Assembly: GCA_951406725.2 (NCBI GenBank)
Contig: OX597837.1
Span: 23,932,001-23,996,000 of the forward strand
DNA: 64,000 nucleotides
Origin: Octopus vulgaris
Lineage: Eukaryota
Direction: 5' to 3'
Position numbers and translations under genes: made by a program. Under the pieces are notes generated by a model that worked only from the letters and a program-made list of their open reading frames with translations, was not told the DNA's origin and made no database searches. Positions 1-11,626 of the stretch are shown in pieces; the stretch's first letter is position 1, and each line of letters opens with the position of its first letter.

Positions 1-317
1 CGTGATCATTACCAGTGTCGCCTTACTGGCACATGAAAAAACATTCGAGCAAGGTTATTGCCAATGCCACTGGACTGGCTCCTGTGCAGGTGGCATGTAA
101 AAAACACCATTTGAGTGTGCCCGTTGCCAGTACTGCCTGACTGGCCCTCGTACTGGTTGCACATAAAAGCACCCACTGCACTCTCAGGAAGGGCATCAAG
201 CTGTAGAAACTCTGCCAGATCAGATTGGAGCCTGGTGCAGCCATCTGGTTCGCCAGTCTTCAGTCAAATCGTCCAACCCATGCCAGCATGAAAAGCGGAC
301 GTTAAATGATGATGATG
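1..317 (+). mobile_element. RTE-LINE 3'UTR/tail fragment (family C)
   Basis: ggcac/ggcatgtaaaaa units, aggaagggcatc motif, ccaacccatgccagcatg...gttaaa then (GAT)n tail; same family as 19447-20187. Confidence 0.75.
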
Positions 318-930
318 TCTAAATTATCTATTATTATCATTATATATATATATATACACACACACACAAATATATACACAATTGGTGATTTTCAATTTCT
401 GTCTATCATGTCCATTTACAAGGTTCTAGTTGGTCTAGGGCTGTAGTAGTAGAAAGTGCCATGCAGTGAGACTGAACCCAGAACCATGTGGTTGGGAAGC
501 AAGTTTCTTACCACACAGCCATCCCTGCATCTAGCCATGCCTTCAAAATAGCAAAATCAAAAAATACAAAAAAGATCAGCAGACTGGATGGTCATATCTG
601 GCGTGCCATTTTGATTATAATTCTGTTTGATCAGATCTCTCCTGGGGCTAAACAGCAACAACAACAGAAACACTGTTAGCTATCTTTCTCTTTTGTTTGT
701 TTGTTTGTTTTACTCCTTCAGGAAGTTTTTTTTTTTTCCTCTGTTAAGTTTTTTTTAATGAAAAATGTAATTTTCTGATTTTATTTTTTATCTCCATTTT
801 TTATTTTTCAATTATGTTTTATATTTTTCTCATTATTAAAAATAATTACATTTCTCTGTTTGGTGAAGAATGGTTGTTTATTCGGAAAAGAGTTAGTAAA
901 ATACTGTTCACACCATTACATACATCGGTA

Positions 931-931
<1 letters not shown>

Positions 932-971
<40 letters not shown>

Positions 972-2250
972 ATGTTTGTGTGTGTGTGTGTGTTTGTGAT
1001 AGAGCGTGTATGGCAATATGTGTGTGTGTCTGTGAGTGTATGACAATGTGTATGTGTCTGTGTGAGTGTATGGCAATGTGTTTGTGTGTATGAGTGTATG
1101 ACTGCATGCATATGTGTGTGTGCTAGTGTATGACTAAGTGTGTGTAAGTGTGTTGTGAGAGTACATGATTATGTGTGAGAATATCTGTGTGTGTGTGTAG
1201 GTCTATGTGTGTGTAAGAGTGTATGATAATGTGTGAATGTATGACAACGTGTGTGTGTGTATGTGATTGTGTATGACTCCATGTGTGTATGTATGTGTGA
1301 GTGTATGACTAGGTATGTCTGTGAGTATGTATGTGTACATCTATTACTGTATGTGTGTGAGAGTATGATTACATGTGAGCATATAGCAATGTATGTGTGT
1401 GTGTAAGTGTATGACTGGGCATGTATATGTGTGAGTATGATTACATGTGTGTGTGTGTGTCTGTATGATTGTATGACTGAGTGTGTCTATGTGTGTTTAA
1501 GTCTATGACTATGTGTGTGTGAGAGTATAATTATGTGTGAGTATGTATGATTATGTGCATGTATGTGTATGTATTTGTGTGTGTGTGTGAGCCTATCACT
1601 AGGTGTGTGTATGTGTGTGTGTGAGTGTATGGTTGTGTGTGTTTTTGGGAAATTGAGTGCATGTCTGTGGCTGAGTATTATGTGTGTTTGTGTGTATGTA
1701 CACGTGTGTGTATGCTTGTGTAATTGTGAATGTGTCTATGACTATTGTGTGTGTGCAATTGTATGCATATTTGTGACTGAGTATTGTGTGTGTGTGTGTG
1801 TGTGTCTGTATGTGTGCATATATATGACTGAGTACTGTGTCTTTGATTATGTATCTGTATCTGTGTGTGTGTCTGTATGTGTGCATATATATGACTGAGT
1901 ACTGTGTCTTTGATTATGTATCTGTATGTGTGTGTGTGTGTGTGTGTGTGCAATTGTATGCATATTTGTGACTGAGTATTGTGCGTGTGTGTGAGTGTGT
2001 ATATGTGTGTATGTATGTGTGCATATCTATGAATGAGTACTGTGGCTTTGATTATGTATCTGTATGTGTGTATGTGTGTGTGTGTGGCTATGTATCTGAA
2101 TGAGTTTGTGTATGATGTCTGTGTAGTTGTATGTGCATCTGTGACTATGTGTTATCTGATTGTCTGTATATATCTGTTTCTGTGTGTGTGTATGTGTGGT
2201 TATGTATCTATGTGTATGCTTGTGTACATTTGCGATCGTTTATGTGTGTG
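932..2250. repeat. Degenerate (TG)n-based low-complexity array with recurring gagtgtatgact/gactgagta subunits
   Basis: Directly visible; includes an internal duplication (~1805-1865 / ~1872-1930). Confidence 0.9.
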
Positions 2251-2451
2251 TATTATTTACTTGACTTCTTTGTCAGTATGTATTGTTCCCTTCAACAGTT
2301 TCTGGATATTCACCCTCACACACACGCAGAAACACACACATGCACATACCTACATACCCGCATATTTTTTTAAATCATTTTGTATCCATGTTATATGTAC
2401 ACTCAAATATATATATATAACAACAATACGTACACTCAAATATATATATAT

Positions 2452-2747
2452 ATAACAACAATACAGCACAATTATTTCACCTCAATTGGCCCCGCTCTCT
2501 TTAACATTACACCAAAACACATTAAAACAGAAACAGACCCTATAGGGTTCAAGAAGTCTTTGGACAGATTCCTTCAAGAAATCCCGGATAAACCCCCTAC
2601 ACCCGGATATGTCTGTAAACAATAACTCTCTACTTGAGTGGGCCATAGTGCCCAAATTCTGACTTGAAAGACTTCACCAGGTGGTGCTATTAAGTTAGAC
2701 ATGGCCTGGGCCAATAATGGCCGAAACCTATCAAAGTATCAAAGTAT
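2452..2747 (+). mobile_element. CR1/L2-group LINE 3' end (5'-truncated)
   Basis: Translates TIQHNYFTSIGPALFNITPKHIK...FKKSLDRFLQEIPDKPPTPGY, typical of CR1-group C-termini; ends in short (atcaaagt)n tail. Confidence 0.7.
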
Positions 2748-2829
2748 ACGTGCTCACACACACACACACATGCACACAAACATTCATACGCGTATGCAAC
2801 CACCCCCACCTCCAGATACATTTTAAACA

Positions 2830-3243
2830 TCATAACATCAATGGAATTTGTAGTTGTTATACCAGTGCCGGTGGCACGTAAGAGAGCCATCCAAACGTGG
2901 CCGTAGCCAATGCCGCACCGACTGGCCTCCGTGCCGGTGGCATGTAACAAGCACCATCCGATCGTGGCTGTTGCCTGCCTCACCTGGCCTCCATGCTGGT
3001 GGCACGTAAAAAGCACCATCCGAGCGTGGCCGTTCGCCAGCCTCGTCTGGCATCTGTGTCGGTGGCACGTAAAAAGCACCCACTACACTCACGGAGTGGT
3101 TGGTGTTAGGAAGGGCATCCAGCTGTAGAAACACTGCCAGATCTGACTGGCCTGGTGCAGCCTTCGGGCTTCCCAGACCCCAGTTGAACCGTCCAACCCA
3201 TGCTAGCATGGAAAGCGGACGTTAAACGATGATGATGATGATG
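2830..3243 (+). mobile_element. RTE-LINE 3'UTR (family C) with four ~60-bp hairpin units
   Basis: gtgccggtggcacgtaaaaagcacc units, ttaggaagggcatccagc motif, (GAT)n tail. Confidence 0.85.
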
Positions 3244-3807
3244 TTTGTTCATCATCATTATTATCATCATCATTATCATCATTTAATGTCCGTTTTCTAT
3301 CCTGTCATGGGTTAGACAGTTTGACAGGAGCTAGAAAGGCCAGTGGAGTGTGGGGCAGGGTGCAACACCAGGGTCCATTGTCTATTCTGGTGTTTCAACC
3401 ATTATTTGTACACGCACACAAACACACACATATTTGTATACATACATGTTGATATACATGCAAGCACACACATATATACAAACACAGATACATACATAGA
3501 CACACGCACACACACGCACAAATGTATTTATTTATTAAAAGTGGCTTCTTGAAGTCTGTATCTTGGCAATGTCACAAGGGGCATGGCCATACTGGAGTCA
3601 CTAGCAACTAATCCTGTCTGAGATGAATGCAGGGTGATAAACTAACTGGCATGTATTCATTCAGTGTTTGTGCTTTGCTAATTTATGTATTTACGTTGAA
3701 GAGCCCTCATCACAAGAGACACAGATCTGACTGTCAGCCAAGCCTATCATCATGACTGACCCATCACAGTTCTTCAGGAAAGAAGGGTGGATTATCATTC
3801 TCTGCTT

Positions 3808-4225
3808 ATTTATTTATTGCCCACAAGGGGCTATACACAGAGGGGACAAACAAGGACAGACAAGCGGATTAAGTTGATTATTTCGATCCTAGTGCCTAAC
3901 TGGTACTTAATTTATCAACCCCCAAAAGAATGAAAGGCAAAGTCGACCTCAGCAGAATTTGAACTCACAATGTAGCAGCAGACGAAATACCTATTTCTTT
4001 ACTACCCACAAGGGGCTAAACACAGAGAGGACAAACAAGGACAGACAAATGGATTAAGTTGATTACATCGACCCCAGTGCGTAACTGGTACTTATTTAAT
4101 CAACCCCGAAAGGATGAAAGGCAAAGTTGACCTCGGTGAAATTTGAACTCAGAATGTAGCAGCAGACAAAATACCACTAAGCATTCTGGCCAGCATGCTA
4201 ACATTTCTGCCAGCTCACTGCCTTT
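3808..4225 (-). mobile_element. SINE family B head-to-tail dimer
   Basis: Two consecutive copies of the reverse complement of ...gcctttcatcctttcggggtcgataaattaagtaccag...ccccttgtggg...aaagaaata. Confidence 0.85.
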
Positions 4226-4532
4226 AACATTCTCTGTTGGCTATGGTAAAGGAAGTGGTGGATGCATTTAAAAGCTTTTAAGGGCAGACCATTTCCAGTG
4301 TCTCTTTTAGTGTGCAGTCGACCTGGCCTTTTGCACTTTAGTATGCAGTCTTACTTTTACTCTAAACCCTAACTCTAATCCGAAAGCCTAACCCTAACCT
4401 ATATCAGGTCATGTTACATCACAGAATCTGGATATTGTGACAGAGAACATGCTAAAGTAGCATCACTTTTGCTGTCAAGTGAAACCTTCGTCAAACTTCT
4501 TCAAGAGATTTGCTATTTATTAACCCTATTTA

Positions 4533-4953
4533 TTAACCATTCAAGGTAATTTATCAAATGTAATACTTTTTTATCCACATTTTTAAAAATTAATCATGCA
4601 TTATCTTGTAGCTTCAAGATTTTGATGATGTGATAGTTTATTTTTATAATGACACTGTAGGGTAGCTATGAAAGACTGGATCTGGCCAGTTTAAGTATAA
4701 AACAGGTAGAATATTTGGGCCAGATATGGCTTGTTTAAATTCTAAAGGATTAACCCTTTAGCATTTAAACCTTCCATATCCAGCCCAAATATTCTACCTG
4801 TTTTATACTTAAACTGGCCAGGTGTGACCTCACACATCTGCCCTACAGTGTCACTCTAAAGATTAACAGTTACAAGATAATGCATGATTATTTCATAACA
4901 ATGTGACTAAATAAGTATTACATTTGATAGGATAATTTGAATGTTAACGGGTT
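4533..4953. mobile_element. Two inverted copies of a MITE-like repeat forming a ~420-bp palindrome
   Basis: ctggccagtttaagtataaaacaggtagaatatttgggc versus gcccaaatattctacctgttttatacttaaactggccag, centre ~4750; single copy at 23320-23540. Confidence 0.8.
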
Positions 4954-5306
4954 TATGTGTCATTATTGGTTTGTTAATTTCACACTTTTACTTCAAGTAA
5001 ATTACTCACCTTTTTTTTTTTTTTTTGTTTTTTGACATTTGTACTTCTCCCAACATTTTGGGTTCTTTGTGATCAGTAAAAGAAATTATAATTAATAGTT
5101 TTAGTAAAAGTTTGTTATTAGTTACAGAATTAGTATTGGTTCAGAGTAGCAAGCTGTATATCTTACTTAACATGGATATGCTGGAGAAAGCCACAAAATT
5201 GTAGTATTCATCTTGAGAAAGCTTGTTATCTTCTTCTATAGATGTGCAGTGCTAAAACGTGATGTGTATCAGAGGTGGAATTTTTATTGTTGTTGTTGTT
5301 GTTGTA

Positions 5307-5520
5307 AGGCTGTGAGCTGGCAGAATCATTAGCATGCTGGAAAAAAATGCTTAGCAGTATTTCGCCTGTCGTTACTTTGAATTCAGATTCCACTGAGGTT
5401 GACTTTGCGTTTCATCCTTTCAGGGTCAATAAATTAAGTACCAGTTGCATGCTGGAGTTGATCTAATCGACTGGCCCCCCTCCCCAAAAATTCCACGCCT
5501 TGTGCCCGGAGTAGAGAAGA
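5307..5520 (+). mobile_element. SINE family B (ccccaaaa...gtagaaagg tail subtype)
   Basis: aggc..gagctggcagaa head, core gcgtttcatcctttcagggtcaataaattaagtaccag. Confidence 0.8.
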
Positions 5521-5669
5521 TGATTTTTTCGTTGTTATAATCTTTCGTTGTTAAACTGCTTTTTGCTCAATTTCACAAACGAACAAAACCCTTTGTAAAT
5601 TTCGTCCTGTGTTTTGTCCCTTTATGTTATAATTAATTTTTGTCAGTCCTTGTGGCCAATAAAAGAATT

Positions 5670-5680
5670 AATTATTATTA

Positions 5681-5723
<43 letters not shown>

Positions 5724-5731
5724 CATTATTG

Positions 5732-5774
<43 letters not shown>

Positions 5775-5892
5775 CATCATTATTGTTATCATTATCATTA
5801 TTATTATTATTACTATTATTATTATTATTATTATCATTATTGTTATCATTATCATTATTATTATTATTATCATTATTATTATTATTATTATT
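5670..5892. repeat. (ATT)n/(ATC)n microsatellite
   Basis: Directly visible; explains the poly-I/Y/L ORFs. Confidence 0.95.
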
Positions 5893-5894
5893 TT

Positions 5895-6067
5895 TAAACA
5901 GTCAAGACGAAGAGTGCGATTCGATTGTAATAGATATTTTATTGGTTGAACAATATTTCGACAGTAGGCCTGTCTTCGTCCAGTTCAAAATAAGAAATGA
6001 TAAAAATATCGTTCAACCAATAGAATATCCATTACGATCGAATCGCACTTTTCGTCTTGACAGTTTA
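5895..6067. mobile_element. MITE/foldback with ~63-bp terminal inverted repeats
   Basis: aaacagtcaagacgaagagtgcgattcgattgtaatagatattttattggttgaacaatattt versus aaatatcgttcaaccaatagaatatccattacgatcgaatcgcacttttcgtcttgacagttt. Confidence 0.8.
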
Positions 6068-6118
6068 CCTTTGTGAAGAGTTACATCAATCTTTTTAAAA
6101 TATCATTATTATTACAGT

Positions 6119-6335
6119 AAGGTAGCAAGCTGGCAAAACTGCGAGTATTCAGGACAAAATGCTTAGCGGTTTTTCACCTGTCGCTATGTTTTGAGTTCAA
6201 ATTCTGCTGAGGTCGACTTTGCTTTGCATTCTTTCAGGGGTGTCAATAAATTAAGTACCAGCGAAACACTGAGGTCAATGCAGTCAACTAGACCCCTTCC
6301 CCAAAATTTCAGGCCTTGTGCCTGTAGTAGAAATG
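6119..6335 (+). mobile_element. SINE family B followed by (ATT)n
   Basis: Family B head and core; ccccaaaatttcaggccttgtgcc tail. Confidence 0.8.
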
Positions 6336-6360
6336 ATTATTATTATTATTATTATTATTA

Positions 6361-6409
<49 letters not shown>

Positions 6410-6562
6410 CATTCAGTAGTTTTATTTTTATAGCGTGCTTTCACTTCACTACTGAGCGCAGCTCTGTGTGCCTTGGGTATGTGCTGTGATTTGTTGTGAT
6501 GCTCTGATGGTTATTGTATGGAAAGTGATCTGCGTAGGATGTGTGCAGTGCCTAGTAGTTTA
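6410..6562 (-). mobile_element. R4/Dong-like LINE extreme 3' end embedded in (ATT)n
   Basis: Minus-strand LLGTAHILRRSLSIQ* resembles the R4/Dong C-terminal LGTAHILR motif; ATT repeats on both sides. Confidence 0.6.
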
Positions 6563-6563
6563 A

Positions 6564-6600
<37 letters not shown>

Positions 6601-6620
6601 ATTATTATCATTATTATTAA

Positions 6621-6654
<34 letters not shown>

Positions 6655-6681
6655 GTCATCATCATCATCATCATCATCATT

Positions 6682-7440
6682 AAGGCAGTGAACTGTCAGA
6701 ATCATTTGCATGCCAGGCAAAATGCTTAGTGGCATTTCATCTGTCTTTGCACTCTGAGTTCAAATCCTGCCGAGGTGACCTTTGCCTTTTATCCTTTTGT
6801 TGTCAACAAAATAAGTACAAGTTGAACACTGGGGTCAATGTAATCAATTAGCACCTCTCCCCCAAAATTTCAGGCCTTGTGCCTATAGTGGAAAGGATTG
6901 TTATTAAGGCTGCAAGCTGGCAGAATTGTTAGCATGCCAGGCAAAATGCTTAGCAGCATTTCATCTGTCCTTACATTCTGAATTCAAATTCCATTGAGGA
7001 TGACTTTACCTTTCATCTTTTCGGTTAGGGGTGGTCAATAAAATATGTACTAGTTGAACGCTCACAACATCATAAACGGAAAGTGTAACCTCTCGAAAGA
7101 GCTGTTCTTCACTCCTGCTCCAGAGCGTCGGCTGTGGGGTTACTCCGAAAAGCTCTATCTGTGACAATTTCATCTCAATCGAAGGAGAGGGGCTTTCTCC
7201 GTCCGGGTTGCGGATCCGTGGAATAAGCTGCCGGACGAGATAGGGAAGATGCCGATGACCTCTCAGTTCAAAATCTCCCTTGGCCACAAGTGGCCTGAAC
7301 TCTTTGCATGAACACCACCCTGTACATAACTCCATGTCCCCCTACATGGCCTTGCTTTTTGCTTTTTGAGCCAAAAAATTAACTTAACTTAACGCTACCC
7401 CATCCCAAAAATTGTTGGCCTTGTTCCAAAATGTGAAACT
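6682..7440 (+). mobile_element. Two tandem SINE B copies, the second interrupted by a CR1 fragment
   Basis: Heads at ~6682 and ~6907; the second resumes at ~7395 (ccccatcccaaaaattgttggccttg). Confidence 0.75.
7060..7393 (+). mobile_element. CR1-clade LINE 3' end nested in a SINE B
   Basis: HNIINGKCNLSKELFF...RRRGAFSVRVADPWNKLPDEI (F-S-x-R-V...W-N-x-L-P motif), one in-frame stop, (aactt)n tail. Confidence 0.75.
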
Positions 7441-7469
7441 GTCATTACTGTCATTATTATTTTAATTAA

Positions 7470-7975
7470 TTCTTTTCCTGAAGTATGTCCTCAGCTCCTT
7501 CCTACAGCTTAGAAAAACAACACTGTCCTCAACACATGAGCTGTTCCAAGTATTACTGCCAACTGTGTACTTTCTACAATGTTTGGTATTTGCAGCTTAA
7601 AATATCCCAGAATATTGCTTTTTTTGAGATGATCCTAAGTACCCTGATTATGTATCACACTCAATTCTGAGGCTTTATGGATGCATTTCACTTCCAATGC
7701 TAGGTCTCAGTACTTTTGGACTTCCTCATACTCTGTCTTCGCAATATTCTGTTCTGCAGGCATAGGTACGTTGATGAAGGTCCATTCTTTGGATTCCTTC
7801 ATACATAAGTGATATCCGGCCAGTCATTTTGCAGCTTCTTATCTGTGAGTTTCACCTGATCATTCTCTGCTACTGGCAAAGATTTGTGCTCATATCACTT
7901 GTTGAAACATTCTAGCCCATATTTCCTACACAACTTCCAGTGTATTCACACTGCCACTTTGTTATGGTATTTTTC
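7470..7975 (-). mobile_element. Degenerate R4/Dong-like LINE C-terminal fragment
   Basis: Minus-strand HKVAV*IHWKLCRKYGLEC resembles 56221-56510; many stops. Confidence 0.5.
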
Positions 7976-8084
7976 TACTCTCTCTCCCTCTCACTCTCTC
8001 TCTCTCTCTCTCTCTTCAACGTTGGGATCTTGCTTGCCTAGAATAATAGACATATTTCTATTTTGTTCTCTGTTTCCCCCTGTA

Positions 8085-8085
8085 C

Positions 8086-8172
<87 letters not shown>

Positions 8173-8522
8173 CAACTTAGCCGGTGTTTTTCAAACGCTG
8201 AAATAGCTTTGCGTAAACCATGGTCCGTTTTGTTCTCTTACTTTATTATCATCTTATAATCATCTCATAATAATGACTTTTATTACTCTTATTACTACCT
8301 CAGTCAATCTAAATGTATATATTTCTTGTTACCTGTCATAAATAGCCTTCTTTTATTTATGTGTATTTATATATGTGCATTGTACTTATATGTGTGTATT
8401 TATGTATATGTAGGTATATATGTATGTATCTATATATGTCCCTACATATGTGTAGATGTGTATATTATGTACATTATAACACACATATATGTACACACAC
8501 AAATACATAATCATGCATATAC

Positions 8523-8572
<50 letters not shown>

Positions 8573-8575
8573 GTG
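8085..8575. repeat. (TA)n and TA/TG low-complexity tracts
   Basis: Directly visible. Confidence 0.9.
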
Positions 8576-9471
8576 TAGATTAGAGAATGTACTGAAAAGG
8601 TAATTTCTTTCATCCTTTTCATACCAACCCACCTGAGACCACGTCTTGGTGCCTTGGTACAAAACTGTTCATTTTGAAGCGTTCCTATTTAAACTAAAAC
8701 TTTCCATTACCATTATTTGAAAGAACCTTTTGTGAAGCTGTGTTCCTACCGATACCTGAATATAGAAATATAAATTTCATCTTTTTGTTAAGTAGTGTTC
8801 AAAACATCACCTCAATATAGAAATTAATTGAAAAGTTGGTTATTTTCGTAAATGTAACCAAATTCTTCATTATTTTGAAAAATGAATAGAAAAGCATAGA
8901 CAGTGTTTCATTAGAAATAGAGATAGGAAAGTGTTTTATATGAGTTAATATTGGTCTGGTATGTTTTTTTTCTTTTTTTTCTTTTGCTTCTTATTTTCTT
9001 CAAATAGCTTTTACATTACATAAGATAAGCTGGGTCATGAATTAATAAAGATATTGAGCTAATCAAGGTTGAGATGCTGTGACATAATTAAGGTTGAGAG
9101 TTAATCAAGGTCAAAAGTTAATCAAGGTTGTAATTAATCAATATCATGAATTACTCCAGTTAGTGAGCCAAGTTAATGACATTAACTTAAACTTATAACT
9201 TACCAAAGAGATGTAAGTATAAGTTAACCAAAGTTATAAGTTAATTAAGATTGCAAATTCATCAAGACTGTCAGTTAATCAAGTAAATCTTTTTCTATGA
9301 TCCAAAGGTTTGATATTAGGCACATGTGTGGCTGCGTGGTAAGAAGTTTGCTTCCCAACAACATGGTTCCAGGTTCAGTCCCACTGCATGGCATCTTGGG
9401 CAAGTTTCTTCTACTAAAGCCTTGGGCTAACCAAAGCCTTGAGTGGATTTGGTTTTCAGAAACTGAAAGAA

Positions 9472-9686
9472 GGCGGCGAGCTGGCAGAAACGTTAGCACG
9501 CCGGGAGAACTGCTTAGCAGTATTTCTGAGTTCAAATTCCGCCGAGGTCAACTTTGCCTTTCATCCTTTCGGGGTCGATAAATCAAGTATCACTTATGCA
9601 CAGGGGTCGATGTAATCGACTTAATCCCTTTGTCTGTCCTTGTTTGTCCCCTCTATGTTTAGACCCTTGTGGGCAATAAAGAAATA
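9472..9686 (+). mobile_element. SINE family B with 14-bp target-site duplication
   Basis: agaaactgaaagaa at 9458-9471 and 9687-9700. Confidence 0.9.
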
Positions 9687-9719
9687 AGAAACTGAAAGAA
9701 ACCATCGTGTGTGTGTACA

Positions 9720-10016
9720 CATTAATATTGAACAGTGAGAATTAATGCTCAACACTGCACTGGTGGATAACTATTCCTTATTTGTAAGTTAACTAGGCTA
9801 CCATTGGTTTCATATTCAAAGAGGTATATCTCTTAACAATTTTCTAGCCTGTTGGTGTTCATCTCCATCTTGGATGAGGACACAATAAAAGTGATTTTAT
9901 CATGTTTCCATCCAAAATAGAGATGAACATCAATGTCCCATGCAACAGGTTTGGAAACTGTTAAGAGATATACCTCTCTTAACATGAAACCTATGGTAGC
10001 CAGGTTAACAAACAAA
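9720..10016. mobile_element. MITE with ~70-bp imperfect inverted repeats
   Basis: gttaactaggctaccattggtttcat...gaggtatatctcttaaca versus tgttaagagatatacctc...atgaaacctatggtagccaggttaac; related pieces at 39245-39335 and 62075-62140. Confidence 0.7.
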
Positions 10017-10587
10017 GCATGTGTGTGTGCATGCGTGTGGGGGGTGTCTGTGTGTCTTTGCTTCTGTGTATGAACCCATCATTGCTTGATAACCAACATT
10101 GGTGTGTTTACGTCCCTGTAACTTAGCATTTCAGCAAAAGAGACCAATAGAATAAGTACTAGGCTTACATAAGAATAAGTCCCAGAGTTGATACATTTGA
10201 TTAAATTCTTCAAGGTGGTGCCCCAGCATGGCCACAGTATAATGACTGAAGCATGTAAAAGCGCAAAGATACCAGGTTCCATTTAGCATCTCGAACCTCC
10301 CTTTACTGAATGTCTATCTCTTTCTATGACAAACAGTAGTCTTTGAGGTTTGTCATGGCTGGCCTGTGGTCTACAGGACTTTCTGAATGACATACCATTC
10401 TGAAAAGCAAGATACCTTCAATTTGTGTTAGTAATGCAGCTTACCTGATTATGAACCATGTCTCATACTGCACATTTCTCGAAATATGTTGCCCATGCCT
10501 GCTCTGAAGTTCTGGGACCTAATCAAAACTGAAATAACTGCACATGGGACAGTTGGTCCGTCTTACCAAGACACACTCTGGTAAACT

Positions 10588-10807
10588 CTTTTACTCATTT
10601 CAGTCATATGACTGTGGCCATGCTGAAGTATCGCCTTTAGTCGAGCAAATCGACCCCAGGACTTATTCTTTGTAAGCCTAATACTTATTCTATCGCTCTC
10701 TTTTGCTGAGCCGCTAAGTTATGGGGATGTAAACACACCATCATCAATTGTCAAGCGATGTTGGGGGTACAAACACAACACACAAACATATACATACACA
10801 CACACAC

Positions 10808-10867
<60 letters not shown>

Positions 10868-11032
10868 TATGACGGGCTTCTTTCAGTTTCCGTCTGCCAA
10901 ATCCACTCACAAGGCTTTGGTTGGCCCAGAAGCTATAGTGGAAGACACTTGCCCAAGGTGCTACGCAGTGGGACTGAACCCGGAACCATGTGGTTGGTAA
11001 GCAATCTACTTACCACACAGCCACTCCTGCAC
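10588..11032 (-). mobile_element. SINE family A, full length
   Basis: Bipartite structure with central (TA)n(CA)n linker; tRNA-like head with A/B-box-like motifs (tggctgtgtggt / ggttcagtccc). Confidence 0.9.
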
Positions 11033-11570
11033 CTAATACTAATAATTTCTATGATCCACTTCAATATTAAAGCAAATTTGTGTTGCGGGGGCCGGAACTG
11101 TGTTTTATATCAATAAACGTGGAAAGCGTTAGATTCTTTAAAGAAGATTATAAAGATATGCTTTCAGTGAATCGAGGCATGGAAAAAATCTTATTTTCCT
11201 TCTTATATTTCTTCTGTTCTTTTTTTTTTTTTTTGTGAAATAATGGTTATGCCCTCTGGAAGAATTTCATTTTGAATTGAGCTGTCCAAATGCATCACTA
11301 GCTGTTGATTCTAGTGTAGTGGCACATTAGAAGACTTAACCCATTCACTGTGACCATTCTGCATGTCTGATTCTAAGCCTACTGCACTTAATGGCAGTGT
11401 GCATCATTGAGTGGATTAAAGAATCATCTGGAGAAGATCTAACCACAGAGAATCAAAAACGAAGTAAACAAGCAGAATTTGCTGGAAATAATGAATGCAG
11501 AAATACCATTTTGAGACTAATTTTACCTGAAATGTTGCTGGCTTTCATCTCACTCAATTTGATAACATCA

Positions 11571-11622
<52 letters not shown>

Positions 11623-11626
11623 GATA

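Larger units (their letters stand above)
9318..10262 (+). mobile_element. SINE family A carrying a nested SINE B and a MITE
   Basis: Head ggcacatgtgtggctgcgtggtaag...ggttcagtccc, 3' half at 10050-10262. Confidence 0.8.

Noticed and set aside
814-2455. Many Cys/Val- or His/Thr-rich ORFs
   Set aside because: They are translations of (TG)n/(CA)n repeats; the same applies to the poly-I/Y ORFs at 5.6, 37, 42-43, 54 and 58 kb.
2860-3085. CRISPR-like repeat-spacer appearance
   Set aside because: The 'spacers' are homologous to one another, there are no cas genes, the context is eukaryotic, and the array is contiguous with an RTE ORF in other copies.
4362-4400. Telomere-like (CCCTAA) repeats
   Set aside because: Only a few degenerate units; too short to call an interstitial telomere.
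10748-11116. Recurrent ORFs such as [29 protein letters not shown]
   Set aside because: Antisense translation of the non-coding SINE A; they recur only because the SINE does.
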